From Eledone cirrhosa (taxonomy: Eukaryota): a stretch of 64,000 nt of DNA. Position 1 is the stretch's first letter. The number at the start of each line of letters is the position of its first letter. Made by a program: the position numbers and the translations under genes. A model generated the notes under the pieces. The model worked only from the letters and a program-made list of their open reading frames with translations. It was not told the origin of the DNA and made no database searches. Shown piece after piece: positions 36,073-46,660 of this stretch. The stretch covers positions 397,420,001 to 397,484,000 of the forward strand of contig OZ024740.1 of the NCBI GenBank assembly GCA_964016885.1, read 5' to 3'.

Positions 36073-36723
36073 AAGATATATAATATATATATATATACAC
36101 ATACATATAATGAATAAAAATTTTTGGGGAAGACAAGAAAATGAATGAATACAGACAGTCCTATCTCATCAGTCAACTGCTAGAGATACATTGTTTCAGT
36201 GCTCTAAGAGTAATACAACTAGCTGTAATTCACAAGGGGCAGTAACAAATGGACAAAGGACAAAACAATAGTCTTAACGACTATATACAAATAAGAGAAA
36301 ACTTGCCACTAACCCACGAGCTGCAACTGAAAAGATATTGGTGCGGCCCAACAAGAGGAAGAAGTAGAAGAGAAGGTGAGAGAGATAAAAAATATACAAA
36401 TGTTAATAAAAGTATTTTCTGTTTGGACATTAAGTCCTAAAAAGACAGGCATAACAAGCAGAGGAAAAGAGAGAGTAAGTGAAGAAAGACAGACAAATGC
36501 AGAGGCATAAGATAAATGTATATATATATATATATATATATTATGATAAAACACAAGTGTCATATAAAAACCACTTTGTGCTAGGTTTCTTTGATAATTT
36601 GATATCTTCCTCCTAACCCCCTTCTATCTCTTACAACCTTTGACAATGTAGTCAGTAGTCAAATGGGAAGCTGTCTATAGCTACCTACCTATTTATCTGT
36701 CTATCTATCAATCTATCTATCGC

Positions 36724-36800
36724 CAGTGGCGGACTGGGTCTAAAAATATTGGTTGCCAGGAGATGAAGGAGGCCCACATACATATAGAATGCTATGATTT
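36724..36800 (+). mobile_element. possible hAT-type DNA transposon end
   Basis: Begins CAGTGGCGGACTGG, a common hAT-like TIR start; partner end not found. Confidence 0.35.
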
Positions 36801-36947
36801 AATTTTTATAATCCATAAATAACATTTTCGAAAAATACACAAGTGGAAATAAAACAGTGCAATCAATTATTGCGGAAAAATATCTTACCTTCTCCAATAA
36901 AATATATTATGTATTTTGCGAAATCCAGAGATTTTCAATAACGACCA

Positions 36948-37403
36948 GAAGTCAACCCTAAATATTACTAATAGCTCCAGGAAAGCCATGAACGATACCA
37001 CATCTTTTTAACTTTGATTTTGAAAGTAGGTTTATAATTATCAATTATCATTATACTTTTGTAGCTGTCTCGGTGGCCTAGTTGGACGAATCATAGACAG
37101 TGGTGATCTTGGTCTGAAGTTTGATCCTGGTCAGGAGTAGGGTTCCCAATAAACCTTTTCAGTTTTTTTTCTATGGGTTGTAAAATAAAAACTGAAAAGG
37201 GTTACATGTACCTCTTGACCAGGATTGAATCCAAGGTCAGGATCTCCACCGTCTCTAGTACCTACCGCTAGGCCACAGAGAAAACTACGAAAATCTTATG
37301 AAAATTCATACTTATAAACCTACTTTCAAAATTTTCAAAATAAAGTGTTGTGGTGTTGTTCATGTCTTTCTTAATGTTATCACTCCTACTTAAAGTCGAC
37401 TTC
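36948..37403. mobile_element. fold-back element with two convergent tRNA-like Pol III units
   Basis: Diverged arms 36948-37170 and 37182-37403; each has TTTATAA, A box TGGCCTAG(TT/C)GG, B-box-like motif and T-run. Confidence 0.7.
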
Positions 37404-37510
37404 TAAATCATTTGGGTGTTCCATAAACATCCTCGTTTTGTTTCATATCTATCTAGACTATATTTTAACCTGTAATCCATGTTTCATTTCAGTTGCATTT
37501 CATTCCCCCA

Positions 37511-37524
37511 TCTCCCTCTCTCTC

Positions 37525-37621
<97 letters not shown>

Positions 37622-37648
37622 CTATCTCTTTCCCTCTCTCTCTCTCTG
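37511..37648. repeat. (TC)n/(TATC)n microsatellite
   Basis: Direct reading. Confidence 0.95.
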
Positions 37649-37824
37649 TGATATTTGAATCTACTATGATTTGGTCTTACCTTATTCCTATATATACGTT
37701 CTTGCATGTCAGTTAGATTCAAACTTACAATGATTGGCATTATATATTTTTATATATTTATATATATATATATATATATGAGTTATCCCGGGTTCAATCG
37801 GGGGTAACCACAGTAACCACAGTC

Positions 37825-37875
37825 AGCTTCCTGATGATTCCTCATGAATGAAACAGTTCTAGTCCTGTAGAAGCT
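37825..37875 (+). ncRNA. type-I hammerhead-like ribozyme in a short TA-flanked insert (37779-37885)
   Basis: AGCTTC CTGATGA TTC-CTCAT-GAA T GAAACAG-TTCTAGTC-CTGTA GAAGCT: all three helices can be drawn, GUA triplet. Confidence 0.7.
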
Positions 37876-37886
37876 TTCTATATTAA

Positions 37887-37918
<32 letters not shown>

Positions 37919-37926
37919 ATATATAT

Positions 37927-38590
37927 AAATGTATATATAGTGTATTTTGCAATACACTGTATGCTTAATTAAAAGCATTTTGAAGACCATACGCTATTGT
38001 TTTAAAATAGTGACAATATCACTTACTTAAATTTCTTTTTCAACAAACAGGGGAGATAAGCTGACAGAGCTCTGTTTCGTACTTGTTGGTACTCTCCCTG
38101 TTTGCTGAAAATTATGTGTGTTGGATTCTTATAGAATTCCAGTAATAATCAGGAACTGATTATACAGAGCGGTCGCCGGTCCAGCAGAAATTGAAAATTA
38201 GAATTAGTGCTCTGAAATAGCGATATATATATATATGAATGTATATATAATGTATTTTGCAATACACTGTATGCTTAATTAAAAACATTTTGAAGACCAT
38301 TATTTTGAAGACTGATTATTACTGGAATTCTATAAGAAACCAACACACATAATTGTCAGCAAACAGGGAGAGTAGTGAGCTTTGATAAGTACCAACAAGT
38401 ACGAAACGCAGCTCTGTCAGCTTATCTCCCCTGTTTGCTGAAAAAAAAATTTAAGTAAGTGACATAGTCACTACTTTAAAACAATAGCGTAAGGTCTTCA
38501 AAATGCTTTTAATTAAGCATACAGTGTATTGCAAAATACACTGTATATACATTCCTATATATATCGCTATTTCAGAGCACCAATTCTAAT
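37927..38590. mobile_element. non-autonomous PLE-like fold-back element
   Basis: Arms 37927-38151 and 38312-38552 are inverted, with a partial direct repeat at 38238-38300; TA flanks; hammerhead motif. Confidence 0.75.
38377..38423 (+). ncRNA. degenerate minimal hammerhead
   Basis: GAGCT TTGATAA GTAC-CAACAA-GTAC GAAAC GCAGCTCT GTC AGCTT; the inverted copy has the perfect palindrome ACAGAGCTCTGT but lacks the first core strand. Confidence 0.55.
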
Positions 38591-39049
38591 ATATATATAA
38601 ATATATATATATCCCCTGCCTCTCTCTCTCCCTCATACATCGTCTATACGCTTTCATGTTCTCTCTCCCCCTCCCTCTCTCTGCAAATATAAATAAATCT
38701 GCCGTGAGTTGATGAACTCAGAATCTGTCTGTCGAATCCTTGATGTTGCTGAATTGCCGTGTTGAGAAATGTAATGTATTTTCACTTCATTTTCTTGTCT
38801 CTCCAACACCCCTCGTCCATCGGTATTTATTTATATTAAACTTCTCGTTTAACTTCTCATAATTATGGTCAAATGTGTAGGACTCTCAGAAAAATTATTC
38901 TGCTCATTAACCTTCCCATTTCTCTACCCCACGCCCCCACATGCCACCATTACTATTTGGTCCAATCATAATTCAGCGGCTTATAATATGTTTCTCTCTG
39001 CAATCTCTTTCACAAAACCACCACTTCGACTAGTACTCCCTCCTCGATA

Positions 39050-39790
39050 TGCTAGATGGAGAGTCTGAAGAATGTGAACACTCAATGTCAATGTCAAAGA
39101 TAAAGATAAATTCACCTCCTGTTGCCGGACGAGAATGTAAGGACTCCTCGTTATTTCCGACACGGATGGCTAACATAATCCCATCCCCCTCACCTCTCCC
39201 TGCGCCTCCAACCCATCCTTTCCACCCACCCAACGAAATCCAAAACTTCAGAGTTGGCACCATGAATGTAGGCACCTTACAACGTCGCTCAAATGAGGTT
39301 GTAGAGATGCTTGAACGTAAGGAAGTTGATGTTTGCTGTATTCAAGAGACCAGGTGGAGGGGTGGGTCTGCTAGATTCACTGTGGGTAAAAAACGATGCT
39401 ATAAACTTTTCTGGGTTGGAAATGACAATGGGCTGAGTGGAGTAGGAATCATGTTAGCAGAAAAATGGGTAGATAAGGTAATTGCCATAAATAGAGTGAA
39501 CGACAGAATAATTAAAATAAGACTAGTCCTAAACAGAACTACTGTGACAATAATATCCGCTTATGCACCCCAATCTGGCGCTATAAAAGACAGATTCTGA
39601 GTCACTAATGCTCACTTCATCCCAAATAACCGACAGTGACTACATAATTATTGCTGGCGACCTAAATGGTCATGTTGGACAATATTGTGACGGCTATGAC
39701 GGAATCCATCGAGGCCATGGGTTTGGTACTAGAAATGAGGAAGGCTTCAGAATCCTGGAATTCTGTGATGTTAATAACCTAACTATCTGT
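39050..39790 (+). mobile_element. RTE 5' fragment (N-terminus + APE), disrupted
   Basis: ORFs 39049-39600 and 39608- align with aa 1-230 of the full-length ORF. Confidence 0.92.
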
Positions 39791-40629
39791 GCGCTCGGAG
39801 AAACTCTAGGCGTAGAGGAAGACGAATTGGCCAGTCTGTTCAGGAGGACCTTCCGCCCGGGACCGATGGACAACTTCCAAAAGTCCCTGGCCTGGCAGTG
39901 CTACCGAGGAGCTCTACCAGTTCGAGACAAGCTCTACAGACATGGGCGCCCGGCAGTGACCCTTCGAAAAAGATCTGTCCGAGATGCGTGCGAGACGAAG
40001 AAACCGTCACACACGCATTAATACACTGCCCGGGTGTTACCGACCTGTGGGGCTATGTAGGACGACTATTGTCGCAGGTGGGACCAATCCGGTTGACCAC
40101 CGAGTCCATTGTCATGATCAAACCGCCAGCCTCCTTCAAAAACGAAGGAGAGGCGGTTTTCCTTTGTGTGATAGCTATGGCGAAAGAGGTTGTATGGTGG
40201 ACGAGGTTAAAAGGACTGAGGTCAGACACCTTTATCTCTGGCCAACAACTGATTCTTTTTTCAAATACCACTTTGGAAGAAGAATCAGGATGGAGAGAGA
40301 GGTGCTGTACCCCAGCAAGTTTTATGAAAGGTGGGTGAAAGTGGCAAGAATGGCCCGAGTGAATGGGCCTTCTCTCTATATCAGCCTGTAGGTTGAGGAA
40401 AAAGAGGAAGAGAGGAAAGGGGTACAAACTCTTTGTACTCCTGGAGATGAGGGTTGCACATTTTTTCAGGGGTATGTGTTACCCATATGAAATGTCTCCC
40501 CCTATTGGGGAAAATCGATTAATTTTTAAATTGCATTTGTGATAGTATTTTACACGTTTTTATTGTATGTAAACTTCCCTCTTTGTATTTGTCCCCTTCT
40601 TTTGTGCCCCTGTGGCTAATAAAGAAACA
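39791..40629 (+). mobile_element. Tx1-like LINE 3' fragment fused to the RTE piece
   Basis: Near-identical to 54562-55394(-); CPRC..EETVTHALIHCP zf-RVT; ends AATAAAGAAACA. Confidence 0.9.
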
Positions 40630-41289
40630 TATCTATCTGTCTGTCTGTCTATCTGTCTATTTATCTACCTAACTATCTATCTACATATATGCATATCTAT
40701 ATTCTTACATACCTCTCAATATATCTACCTACCAACTACCTAATTATTTGACTGTTTTACTGTAAAACTGTAGTTATATATTTATGAATATATGTTAAGA
40801 TAGGTTTGTGTAATTACATAATTATATTTATTATGTGCATTTCAGTAATGCTAACACATTGTAGTTATGCAGTTACAACAATGACAGCTAACATGACATC
40901 ATCAGACAGTTACATAAGAATAATTCTGCATGAAAGTCTATATCAGAAAACAAAGTTGTTGATATATTTATGCCAATGTATCTTCAGCAAAGCACAAATC
41001 CCAATAGGAGTCTGAAAATAAATAGATGGACAAACAGACAGACACATAGGAAGAACAAAAACACCAAATTTAAAGGATATATGTTTATTGAGGTTTAAAG
41101 AAAATATGGAAAATAATTATTGTAATTGAATCAAATAAATGTAAAATGAAATATGGCAATGGCTGGAGTGACAAAAGAAATAAAGTGAAGGAAAGTGGAG
41201 GATTTAAGTGTCTTACATTGAATGTTGTAACCATAGAATTATCAAATTAATTATGTGCTGCCAGACACTGATGGCACTTTACCAGCTGA

Positions 41290-42298
41290 ACAATGTGATA
41301 GGCAGCCAGTAAACAATATTGGCATTCTATAGAGAATTAGTGGAACATATGAACAACAATGAGCTGCAAGTGGCTCTGGGCATTGACAGGAACAGTTTGA
41401 AGAGGCTCATATGGAGGACTTTCAGGTTGAGGATTATAGACAATTTCCAAAAATCCATGGTGGAGCAGTGCTGTAGAAGCACTACAAGGCAAGCTCTACA
41501 GGCACAGAAGTGCCAACAGCTGAATCTGTCCAAGATGCATGGCAACAAAACCATTCTACATGCTATTGCTCGGTGTCTGTGCATTGCTGAGTTGTGAGCT
41601 TCTGTTGAACAACTGCTATCATGCATAAGACAGAACTAGCTGAGTCAATAGAGAAAATTTAACCATAACCATTCTTTTAGAAAGAAAACACAGCAAGTCT
41701 TCTTCTGCCAAGTAGCTATGACAAAGAAAGCTGGCTGGCTGGCTGGCTGGCTGGTGGACTTACCTAAATGGATTGAGGACAGGTATCTTCCTCTCCAGCT
41801 AAGCATTCATCAATTTTCACTTGAGGAGGTAGATGCAGCCTTCTTATGTGCAACCTTCTACTGTGCAGCTTTCTAATGCAAATTTCACTTGAGAAGGTAG
41901 GTGCAGCATTCTGGTGTTTTATGAAAGATGGGTGAGATCAGCAATATTGACATGGTTGAATGGGTCTACTCTGATTATGCTTTTCTAAGCAGGAGGAAAG
42001 AAACCAGGAGAGGGAACTTTGAATACCCATAAGGCAATAGTGTAACCCAGGGTTTTGTGTAGTATTCTCCCTGGAATTACACAAAAGTGCAGTCCCCTAC
42101 TATTGTCAAACTGGTCGTTGTTGACATTTGTTATTGTTTTCTGTTGCTATTTATATTTATTACAATTTCAATTATTGTTATTCTTACTGTTATTTCTTTG
42201 GTGATATAACCTCTCCTTTACTCAATGTAAGCACCACTGTTTTTTGTCCTAGTATTGTCTGCAATGTCTTGGGACCTCGTAGCCAATAAAAGAATCAT
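41290..42298 (+). pseudogene. old Tx1-like 3' fragment
   Basis: AFYRELV...LIWRTF...DNFQKS resembles the Tx1 C-terminus in this window; ends GCCAATAAAAGAA. Confidence 0.7.
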
Positions 42299-42490
42299 TC
42301 GGTGGATTGGTAGTATCGGTAGAGGGTCGGACGCCATGCTTTGCAGCCTAGTTATGTCCCTTTACGGACTGAGTTCAAATCCCACCGAGATTAACTTTGC
42401 CGTTCATCCTTACGAGGTCGATAAAATAAAAGTACCAGTAATACACTGAGATAATTGCTGGCCTTGTGCCAAAAAGTAGAAACAATTATT
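42299..42490 (+). mobile_element. tRNA-derived SINE
   Basis: Same family as 395-574; (ATT)n tail. Confidence 0.9.
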
Positions 42491-42505
42491 ATTATCACAT
42501 AAGTA

Positions 42506-42697
42506 AGGGCGGTGGATTGGCAGTATCGGTAGAGGGTTGGACGCCATGCTTTGAAGCATAGAGTTACCTCCCTTTATGATCTGAGTTCAAATCCCGCCGA
42601 GGTCAACTTTGCCTTTCATCCTTACAGGGTCAATAAAATAAAGTACCAGTAATACACTGGGATAATTGCTGGCCTTGTGCCAAAAGTAGAAACAATT
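42506..42697 (+). mobile_element. tRNA-derived SINE inserted at the tail of the previous SINE
   Basis: TSD TTATTATCACA(T/G)AAGT on both sides. Confidence 0.9.
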
Positions 42698-42789
42698 ATT
42701 ATCACAGAAGTGTGGCATGGTAACAATGCCACATTCCAATCTCTGGCACACCACAACAGGCACATGTTACTCAATCTCAAGCAGATATG

Positions 42790-43775
42790 TGTGGTTTTTC
42801 AGTAGCACTTTGTCCAACTCTTCGAGAGTAGTGGTGGGCCAGATTGGACTACACTGTCTACCTCGATGGACTGCACAGCTCTCAGCGACCGACGCAGACT
42901 GTTGCAAAAAAGTAATGACTAGCTGTACGAGGGGTAAATCGCCTGGTTTGGATTGTCTGCCCTATGAGCTTTATGTATATATGCCAGGCTTGTTCAGTGA
43001 CCTCCTGGCAGCAGAATAGGAGAATTCTCAGTTCTGAGAGCCAAAGAGGAGTGGCATTGCTGAGAAAGGACTCGAACAAAGGAGATTATATTGGTAATTT
43101 TAAGCCTATAACTCTGCTAAATGCAGAATTCAAACTTTTGGCCATGGTGTTAGCGACAAGGTTGGCACTTGTCCTCAGTGGTCTGGTAGAGGAGGCACAG
43201 ACATGTGCCCTTCCAAAGAGATCCATACACGACAACCTCAACCTTATGCGATACATCATAAAAAGGGTAGTAAGGAAACTGGTATGGGTAGGGCACTGAT
43301 TCGACAGAGTCAACCATCAGTACCTGGCGGTGGTCCTCATATCAGCTGCTTTGGGGCTCATTTTCAGAGAATGGATCGCTGCTATGCTCTGTGGTTAGAA
43401 TGAATGGTCACCTCTTAGAGCCATTCAAAATCATGCACTTGGTCCACCAAGGTTGTCTCCTCTCATCCCTATTGTATGTATTTATTCTTGAGCCACTACA
43501 GTAAAAATTAGAGATGTTGAGGGGCATCCCACATAAACTAGGATGTGGGAGATCTGTGTCAGCTTATGCCAACAATGTCACTGTAGTAGTGTCAAGCACC
43601 AAACACATTGAGGTGATTGGCAGAGCTCTAAGGAAATTCAAAGTGCTGCCAGGAGTGAAAATTAATGAGGAAAAGTCAGTGGGACTACAGCTCAGCATCT
43701 GGAGAGGCAGATCCATGCCACCCATCAACTTCATCTGCCACTGGATAGATGGGCCAGTTAAATTGCTCAGGTAAA
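42790..43775 (+). pseudogene. old Tx1-like RT fragment
   Basis: GKSPGLDCLPYE, NFKPITLLNAEFKLLA, VHQGCLLS, SAYANNV, GVKINEEKS. Confidence 0.85.
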
Positions 43776-43832
43776 CCATATTTAATATGTATGAAGTATT
43801 TATTTGAACTTTTCTTAAAATCCAACATATTA

Positions 43833-43848
43833 TATGTGTGTGTGTGTA

Positions 43849-43880
<32 letters not shown>

Positions 43881-43975
43881 TGTGAGTGTGTGTGAGTGTG
43901 TGTGTATGTGTGTGTGTGCACGTGCGCGAATGTGCATGTGTGTGTGAGCATGCATGCATGCACGTGTGTGTGTGT
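43833..43975. repeat. (TG)n microsatellite
   Basis: Direct reading. Confidence 0.95.
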
Positions 43976-44060
43976 TAAAAGTAAATGGAAAACAACACAG
44001 CAAAATGATAAAGTACAATGAAGATATATATCAGTTTAACACTTGATAGAGTATCAAAAG

Positions 44061-44100
44061 AATTTTAACATTTCGGATGTTAGTCCTTTATCAGAAGATA
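44061..44100 (-). ncRNA. decayed minimal hammerhead-like motif
   Basis: CTGATAA AGGA-CTAACA-TCC GAAATGTTAA resembles the PLE consensus CTGATGAAGG..CCGAAACGTT; helix I is poor. Confidence 0.3.
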
Positions 44101-44379
44101 GAATGAGAAATAAAAGAAGAAATAGAAAGATAGAGGAAAGTAAGAAGAGGAAGGAATGAGAAAAAATGGTGTGAGGAGAAAAAATACGTGTGTTGACTAT
44201 AAATACTTGAGAGTAAGTTAATCACAAATTTAAGATGATAAGTAAAAAATATCCAAGTAATGAGATGACCCTAATATAGGTTAACTTCAAAATCACAAAC
44301 TATGACTCGATACCAAATTTTGTTTGTTTATTAGAAAATACAAAATGAACAGAGTAAGTAATTTATACAAGTGAGTCAA

Positions 44380-45075
44380 ATCCATTTAAGTCTTGTTTGT
44401 CAGATGCTTTAAGCAATTGCTGGATCAGTTCATCTGTCACAAAGCTATCTCGAGGATCCTCCTCTTCTTTTTCTGAGTTCTCTTCTTTTTAGTTCTCTGG
44501 TTCTTCATCATCTGGGTGATTTGGGAGTGCACAGACCATAACAATCCATGAAATTTGTGCTTCATCCAGCAGAAGCTTTAACCCTTTAGGATTTAAACTG
44601 GACGTATCCGGCCAGAATTCTCTCACCACTTTCTGTTCAAACCGACCATAACCAGCTGCTCATACTGATGTTAATGTATTGTTCTCAAAATAAATAATAT
44701 TAAAATCTTGTAGATTCGATATTATGTGAGATAATTATGTGAGATAAAGCCTTTACCACAAAAATACAATAGTAATTATAGAGTAGTGTAAATGCTAAAG
44801 GGTTAAAGTTCAGATCACTGAAGGTATTCTGGGTTCTAAGATCCAGCCATACATACCTTTTCATCTGCTTCATGGGGTGAGTCCACAACAGGTCATCTTT
44901 GTTCTTGGCATTTCTGCTGTTTGAACAGCTTATTTCTTCCAGTTGCTAACTTGCTTTTGTGCTACATTAAATTCTAAGTAGCTTAACTGCTGTTCTTGTG
45001 CTTATGTGTATGTACTACCACATTTAACTTGAAGTGGGCATCATAGGCATGCCTTCTTTTAGTCTGACCAGTCAT
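44380..45075 (-). pseudogene. pogo-like transposase N-terminal (Brinker-type HTH) relic
   Basis: MTGQTKRRHAYDAHFKLNVV...EFNVAQKQVSNWKK; interrupted by a MITE. Confidence 0.6.
44582..44802. mobile_element. piggyBac-like MITE
   Basis: TTAA on both sides; TIR CCCTTTAG.ATTTA / TAAATGCTAAAGGG. Confidence 0.88.
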
Positions 45076-45785
45076 TTTAGCTCCCCCTATAATATTTTTC
45101 ATCATAACAAAAAAAGAAATTGTTAAATTATGTGACAAGATTGATGTCACTATACAATGTAATGCAAATACACAAGCAAATGCTTTAATGGTTTGTAATG
45201 AAAGCAAAATATCACATTTAGATTGGCTGTAATTTCTTTGAGCTTTATTTTAACTATGGTTAACAAAAATGATTGACCTTAATTCATTATTTATTTTGTG
45301 TGATAATATGGCTCACCTGTCTATAGATATGATACCCAGATAATCAATTTCTCTGATAAAAAAAATTACATTTTACTCTATTGAGAATATATACATTGCT
45401 TTTCAATATTTGTAGTTTATTAGAATGCTCTGACATAGAATTGATTCTATCAAAATGTCATCAATGTAAACACTTATCATTAGAACATAACGCTGAAGGA
45501 AACTTGAAATAAAAACAGTAATCAAATGCTGTAATTGTTGGTAAAATTTTAATATGGCTCATGTGGATTGTTTTTTCTTCATAACTGACTCAATTATATA
45601 ATTTTCCAGATGTTAAATCCTCAAGTGTGTTGCAAGGTTCCAAGAATTCATGGAGTAGTTTAGTGTAAAATATTGTAATAGGAAAGCAGGCAAAGAGTGG
45701 AGGAGAAATTTGAAGAGAGATTTATTTGATCAAATAATTTAATATGTTTTCATTACTGATTACATAATCATGTACAAGAGCATGT

Positions 45786-46036
45786 GAAGGTGCATGGCTT
45801 AGTGGTTAGAACATTGGGCTTGCAATTGAAAGGTTGTGAGTTCAATTCTCGGACCGGGTGATGTGTTGTTTCCTTGAGCAAGACACTTTATTTCACATTG
45901 CTCCAGTTTACTCAGCTGTAGAAATGAGATGATAGGGACTGGGGTTCCTATCATTAAATCCCCTAAGACACCTCACAGCTCGCACCTATGCAGCTAAACC
46001 TGCATAGGTGCGAGCTGTCACACACACACACACACA
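45786..46036 (+). mobile_element. tRNA-head SINE with Meta-like central domain, 19-bp terminal hairpin and (CA)n tail
   Basis: A box TGGCTTAGTGG, B box GAGTTCAATTC, TCCTTGAGCAAGACACTT core; ACAAGAGC repeated on both flanks. Confidence 0.85.
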
Positions 46037-46452
46037 AGAGCTGCATAGAAATACATTTTCTATTCACTTATTCAACAATGAAGAATTGCTGAATGCAAAT
46101 ATAATGTGAGTGACTGAATAGAAAAAATAATCCTATGCTGCTCTCATATATGATTATGTAATTTGTAATGGAACACATGTTAGATTATTATGGTTTTATT
46201 CACAGTTGTATAAATAATATTACAAATATGTTTTAAGTATATACATAAATAACATTACAAATGCGTAAATAACATTATAAATTGTTTGCAATTCAATCAG
46301 AAGAACATTACAAATATATTGTTGTTGATAAACACAAATATGAGTGCATAAAAGAGAGGAAAAAAGAAGAAAAAAGGAGGGGTAGCAAAAACAAAAACAA
46401 CCATCAATTCACCACCAAGTGTGTCAATCAGTTGCACATCACATCATAAGGG

Positions 46453-46660
46453 TTAACTAAGCACTTTGAGACAAGCCAATACATTCACAGCATCGCCATG
46501 AGTGATGGCGAGGCTAAGGCGCTGAAAAAACCAGGCACCCTCATGGGCATCACCTAAAACCTCACTAAGGCGAGCTGCCAGCAATGACAAGAACTTCACT
46601 GTCAACGGCCCAACTCCACCGAATGTCTCAAACGCCACAGGCTGGAAAAAATAATTACTA
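46453..46660 (-). pseudogene. CRE-clade non-LTR restriction-like endonuclease C-terminus
   Basis: FQPVAFETFGGVGP...FL..L..RL...GD......FQRLSLAI..G.A..VL. Confidence 0.8.
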
